This document shows, piece after piece, positions 27,255 through 30,314 of a stretch of 30,314 bases of DNA. The notes under the pieces are model-generated. The model made no database searches and had not been told where the DNA came from. It saw only the letters and a program-made list of their open reading frames with translations. Numbering within the stretch: position 1 is the first letter of the stretch; each line of letters begins with the position of its first letter. The DNA comes from Candidatus Peribacteraceae bacterium (GTDB taxonomy: Bacteria > Patescibacteriota > Gracilibacteria > Peribacterales > Peribacteraceae), in the NCBI GenBank assembly GCA_028717505.1, contig JAQUNQ010000001.1:1-30314 (forward strand), in the 5' to 3' direction. Both the position numbers and the translations under genes were made by a program.

Positions 27255-27713
27255 CTAGTGGCTTCTTCGTAAGTGATGGAGGGCGATCCCCGCGGCCACG
27301 GCGACGTTGAGCGACTCCTTCCTCCCGTGCATCGGAATGTGCACGATGTCATCGCAGAGCCTGAGGAGCTCCTTCGGGACCCCCAGCACTTCATGCCCCA
27401 CGATCAGACACACCTTGGACGACGGCTGATACTTCGTGAGATTGACCGCCTTCTTCGCCTGCTCCAGCGCCACGATGGTCCACCCCTGCTTCTGCAGCCT
27501 CGCGATGACCTTCGCCGGGTCGGGGCACTGCTCCCACGGCACGGACGTCTCCGCTCCGAGTGCCGTCTTGCTGAGTTCGCGCCGCGGAGGCGCGGCCGTG
27601 TAGCCCGTCAGATAGAGCTTCTCCACTGCGAACGCATCGGACGTGCGGAAGAGCGACCCCACATTCCAGAGGGAGCGGATATTGTGCGCGAGGAGAAGGA
27701 TCTTCCAGGTCAT
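27255..27713 (-). CDS. SpoU/TrmH-family RNA methyltransferase (152 aa)
   Basis: HNIRSLWNVGSLFRT, IVGHEVLGV, IPMHGRKESLNVAVAAGIAL. Confidence 0.9.
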   Translation of the reverse strand: MTWKILLLAHNIRSLWNVGSLFRTSDAFAVEKLYLTGYTAAPPRRELSKTALGAETSVPWEQCPDPAKVIARLQKQGWTIVALEQAKKAVNLTKYQPSSKVCLIVGHEVLGVPKELLRLCDDIVHIPMHGRKESLNVAVAAGIALHHLRRSH

Positions 27714-27733
27714 GCGCGGAGTAGAATACAGCG

Positions 27734-28225
27734 GTGCCCGTCTTTTCGCCTCCCGCAAACTTCGTTCCCGGCACCATCGAGCGCCTGCTCAAGGAAAGTT
27801 ATACGAGCATGCAGCCCCAGATGACGGAAAAGGAGTGGAGGAAACTCATGAAGATATTCGAGGATTTCGACCATGAAGTCGCCACCCATCCGGAAGTCGC
27901 CCGCTGCACGTTCGTCACGGAGGAAGACGGGCTGCCCATCGGACTCGGCTCTTTCGACCCCCGCCAGCGGCCCGCACTCGGCCTCATCGGGCACAATGTC
28001 CTCCTGCCGTCCGCCCGCGGGAAGGGGTACGGAAAATTGCAGCTCCAGGAAATCCTCAGGCGCATGCAGTCGCTGGGGATCAAAAAAGTGCGCGTCTCGA
28101 CGGGAGAGCACCCCTTTTTCACCGCCGCGCAGAAAAATTACGAATCCGTGGGCTTCCGGGAGACGCGCCGATTCGTCGACGAAAAGTGGTCTTCAGGACA
28201 AATTGAATATGAGATGGAGTTTTGA
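27734..28225 (+). CDS. GNAT family N-acetyltransferase (163 aa)
   Basis: VLLPSARGKGYG acetyl-CoA motif, AAQKNYESVGF. GTG 6 nt after TAGAAT. Confidence 0.85.
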   Translation: MPVFSPPANFVPGTIERLLKESYTSMQPQMTEKEWRKLMKIFEDFDHEVATHPEVARCTFVTEEDGLPIGLGSFDPRQRPALGLIGHNVLLPSARGKGYGKLQLQEILRRMQSLGIKKVRVSTGEHPFFTAAQKNYESVGFRETRRFVDEKWSSGQIEYEMEF

Positions 28226-28232
28226 CCCCCTC

Positions 28233-29477
28233 TCACGATATCCGTTCGAGCGTGCTCGCGTGCGGATTTGCAAAAATTTCCAGCACTTCCGGACGGAGGA
28301 GTTCCTTCTCGCTCATGCCTCGGCAGAGGTAGCAGATGCCTGTCTCGCTCCCCTGCCCCAGCGCGCCGGCACCGGTATCCGGCTCATCGCGTCGAAGGAG
28401 TGTCACGGCATTCTGCAGCGGGGAACGGTCGAGCGCGACGAGCTTCTTCTCCGCACTCTCCCACCGGAAGAACGCGCCACCCTTCTGCACGATGGCCGTC
28501 TCCTTGTTCGGATTGAAGAGCGCGAGGTGTGTGAGGATGCTCTCGGGCGATTTCTTCCCGGGAGACAGGTACTTGAGCTGCGTGAGCTTCAGGCCCGGCA
28601 CCAGACGGTGAGCGGCTTGCTCCACCGTCCGTTCCTCGTTATTCGTGATGATGGTCCCGACGAAGATCTCCACGGGCCGCTGCTTCCTTGCAGCAATCTT
28701 CCACTCCCCTCCCCTCTGCCCGGCGACCTTGCCGCCCCGTTGCCCCGCCGCCTTCTTCCCCTCGATCCACCGCTTCATCGAAGCAAAGTACGGGTCGCCA
28801 TTCGGCGTCCGCTCGGGGTGCGGCATGAGCGCGACGACGTTCCCGGCCGGATTGCAGAGGCCGGCAATGGCGAAGGTCGAGCCATTCGGTGTCACGACGG
28901 GATCATCCGCCGCCACCTTCCCCTGCGTATCGCAGTAGGAGAAGGCCATCTGCCCGTTCTCCTTCAGATGCTTCCAAAGATCCTTGTCCTTCGTCATGAA
29001 CCTCCCCTCTCCGTGCGCGATGGGCAGGTGCATGGTGCCCTCCCAATCCGACGTGGCGCAGCGCTCCCGCGTGCAGGTGGGAGTGATCCATACCCACTCA
29101 TTGATGAAGCCAACCGCCCCGCCTTTGATGGCATTGCGCGCAAGGCTCATCTTGAGCCCCCGATCGAGTGGAATGAGCCCACTCTCCACGAGCATCTGCG
29201 CCCCGTTGCAGTTCCCGATGATCACCTTGCCCCGCTCCGCCTCCTCGTGGAGAAAAGCGAAGAGCGGATCGCGCGCGGCGACCATGCCCGACCTGCCGCG
29301 ATCCTCGTAGCTGAAGCCGCCCGGCAGGAAGTAGCCGTTCACGTCCGCGAGCTGTTCCCGCGCGTCATTCCACTTGAAGAAGACCGCCTCCATCCCCGCG
29401 CGCTTCACCGCACGGAGAGATTCCACTTCACAGTTGTTGCCGGGAAAAGAAATGATGGCGATGCGGGGCTGCTGCAC
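28233..29477 (-). CDS. purQ: Phosphoribosylformylglycinamidine synthase subunit PurQ with long C-terminal extension (414 aa)
   Basis: SFPGNNCE, LPGGFSYEDRGRSG, GNCNGAQML (catalytic Cys), PIAHGEG, ALMPHPER; about 170 extra residues follow. GTG 6 nt after TACAAT. Confidence 0.9.
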   Translation of the reverse strand: MQQPRIAIISFPGNNCEVESLRAVKRAGMEAVFFKWNDAREQLADVNGYFLPGGFSYEDRGRSGMVAARDPLFAFLHEEAERGKVIIGNCNGAQMLVESGLIPLDRGLKMSLARNAIKGGAVGFINEWVWITPTCTRERCATSDWEGTMHLPIAHGEGRFMTKDKDLWKHLKENGQMAFSYCDTQGKVAADDPVVTPNGSTFAIAGLCNPAGNVVALMPHPERTPNGDPYFASMKRWIEGKKAAGQRGGKVAGQRGGEWKIAARKQRPVEIFVGTIITNNEERTVEQAAHRLVPGLKLTQLKYLSPGKKSPESILTHLALFNPNKETAIVQKGGAFFRWESAEKKLVALDRSPLQNAVTLLRRDEPDTGAGALGQGSETGICYLCRGMSEKELLRPEVLEIFANPHASTLERIS

Positions 29478-29546
29478 ACAGCTATTGTATCAGCTTCTTT
29501 CCCTCTCTCTCCACACTATTCATCCGCAAACTCGCACCAGAAATTC

Positions 29547-30044
29547 TCAGTGGGGGGTCTCTCGCGTGTCGTTGTCAGGGAGCTTGAACGTCCATTGACG
29601 ACTTCTGTCTATTCCCGCGAGTTCGAGAATGACGGCGGAGAATTCTGTGGAAAGCTGTCGCAATTCAGGAATAATCGCGCTCCTTCCTTTCCGCTCAGAC
29701 AAATATAATTTCAAAATCTCACCGACTCTCCCTCGAATCTGCGCCTCTCTTTGAAGCAGTTCCTGCGAACGTGCGGCTTCCCAAGTCCCTTGGAGCAGCC
29801 CTGCCACTTCATCACTGGGAGGACAATTTGTGGGCACATCCAATTTTGGATCAGTGCAATGCTCTGCAAGGGAGCGATCAACTATCGCTTGCCTGACTCT
29901 GAGAACAGAGAAAAAGGTTTCGCCGTCATACATCCTCCACCCCAATGTCGGTACGCCGGTGAATAGTTGTTGGAGAGAAGTTTCGACAGGGTGATATCGA
30001 GTCTCATACACATGCTCGAAGAGCGCATGCAACTTTTCATCCAT
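29547..30044 (-). CDS. Hypothetical protein (165 aa), lower GC
   Basis: Open frame filling the frr-purQ gap; ATG 6 nt after TATTAT; no recognisable motif. Confidence 0.6.
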   Translation of the reverse strand: MDEKLHALFEHVYETRYHPVETSLQQLFTGVPTLGWRMYDGETFFSVLRVRQAIVDRSLAEHCTDPKLDVPTNCPPSDEVAGLLQGTWEAARSQELLQREAQIRGRVGEILKLYLSERKGRSAIIPELRQLSTEFSAVILELAGIDRSRQWTFKLPDNDTRETPH

Positions 30045-30117
30045 ACCAAAATAATATACTAAAAAGTGTTTTCGTCAAATCCTCTCTTTAGAAAGATTAC
30101 AGGTTTTTCTGCCACGC

Positions 30118-30314
30118 TTAGACCGTCATGACTTCCGGTTCTTTCTTCTTCTTCGTCTCCTCAATCGCAACGTCCGCCTTGTCCACGAGCTTCTGAAGCT
30201 CCTCCTGCTGCGGAAAGCGGGCGTCCTCGTCCTTCTCCTCCGCCTTGATCTTGTCCAGCACCACCTGCCGCTGCTGGCGGACGGAGACCTTTGCCTCCTC
30301 CGCGAGCTTGTGGA
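30118..30314 (-). CDS. frr: Ribosome recycling factor, 3' part (truncated by window)
   Basis: My translation HKLAEEAKVSVRQQRQVVLDKIKAEEKDEDARFPQQEELQKLVDKADVAIEETKKKKEPEVMTV* matches the RRF C-terminal pattern (AEEA..VR...D...EDD...Q...QKL.D....KE.E.M). Confidence 0.85.
   Translation of the reverse strand, partial: HKLAEEAKVSVRQQRQVVLDKIKAEEKDEDARFPQQEELQKLVDKADVAIEETKKKKEPEVMTV

Overview
About 30 kb of GC-rich bacterial chromosome in standard genetic code (TGA is a stop in nfo, obg and dsbA). It is a housekeeping region: cca, nfo-like, gap, dnaK, obg, P-type ATPase, vanW-family, dsbA, recG, Nudix, clpB, HAD, SpoU/TrmH, GNAT, purQ and partial frr. It also holds an SLH surface protein, several secreted or membrane hypotheticals and four tRNAs (Ile-UAU, Phe-GAA, Ala-CGC, Pro-UGG). 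SLH proteins, absent Shine-Dalgarno sites, archaeal-type nfo, scattered gene order and purQ suggest a CPR/Patescibacteria genome, most likely Peregrinibacteria/Peribacteria; this is inference, not a database result. No CRISPR, rRNA, prophage, integrase or transposase is visible. The least explained structure is non-coding. All four tRNA genes are followed at or within a few nt of their CCA end by members of two palindromic repeat families. At tRNA-Pro these form a 115-bp inverted-repeat mini-element flanked by a 20-bp duplication of the tRNA 3' end, with no mobilising enzyme in the window. Other signals: a tRNA-Ile with a UAU anticodon, a tRNA-Phe with G37, ten start codons exactly 6 nt after a TAnnnT box (leaderless pattern), a CIRCE on the dnaK promoter, a 20-bp perfect palindrome on the vanW promoter, and a small acidic Trp-rich secreted peptide with an internal repeat.
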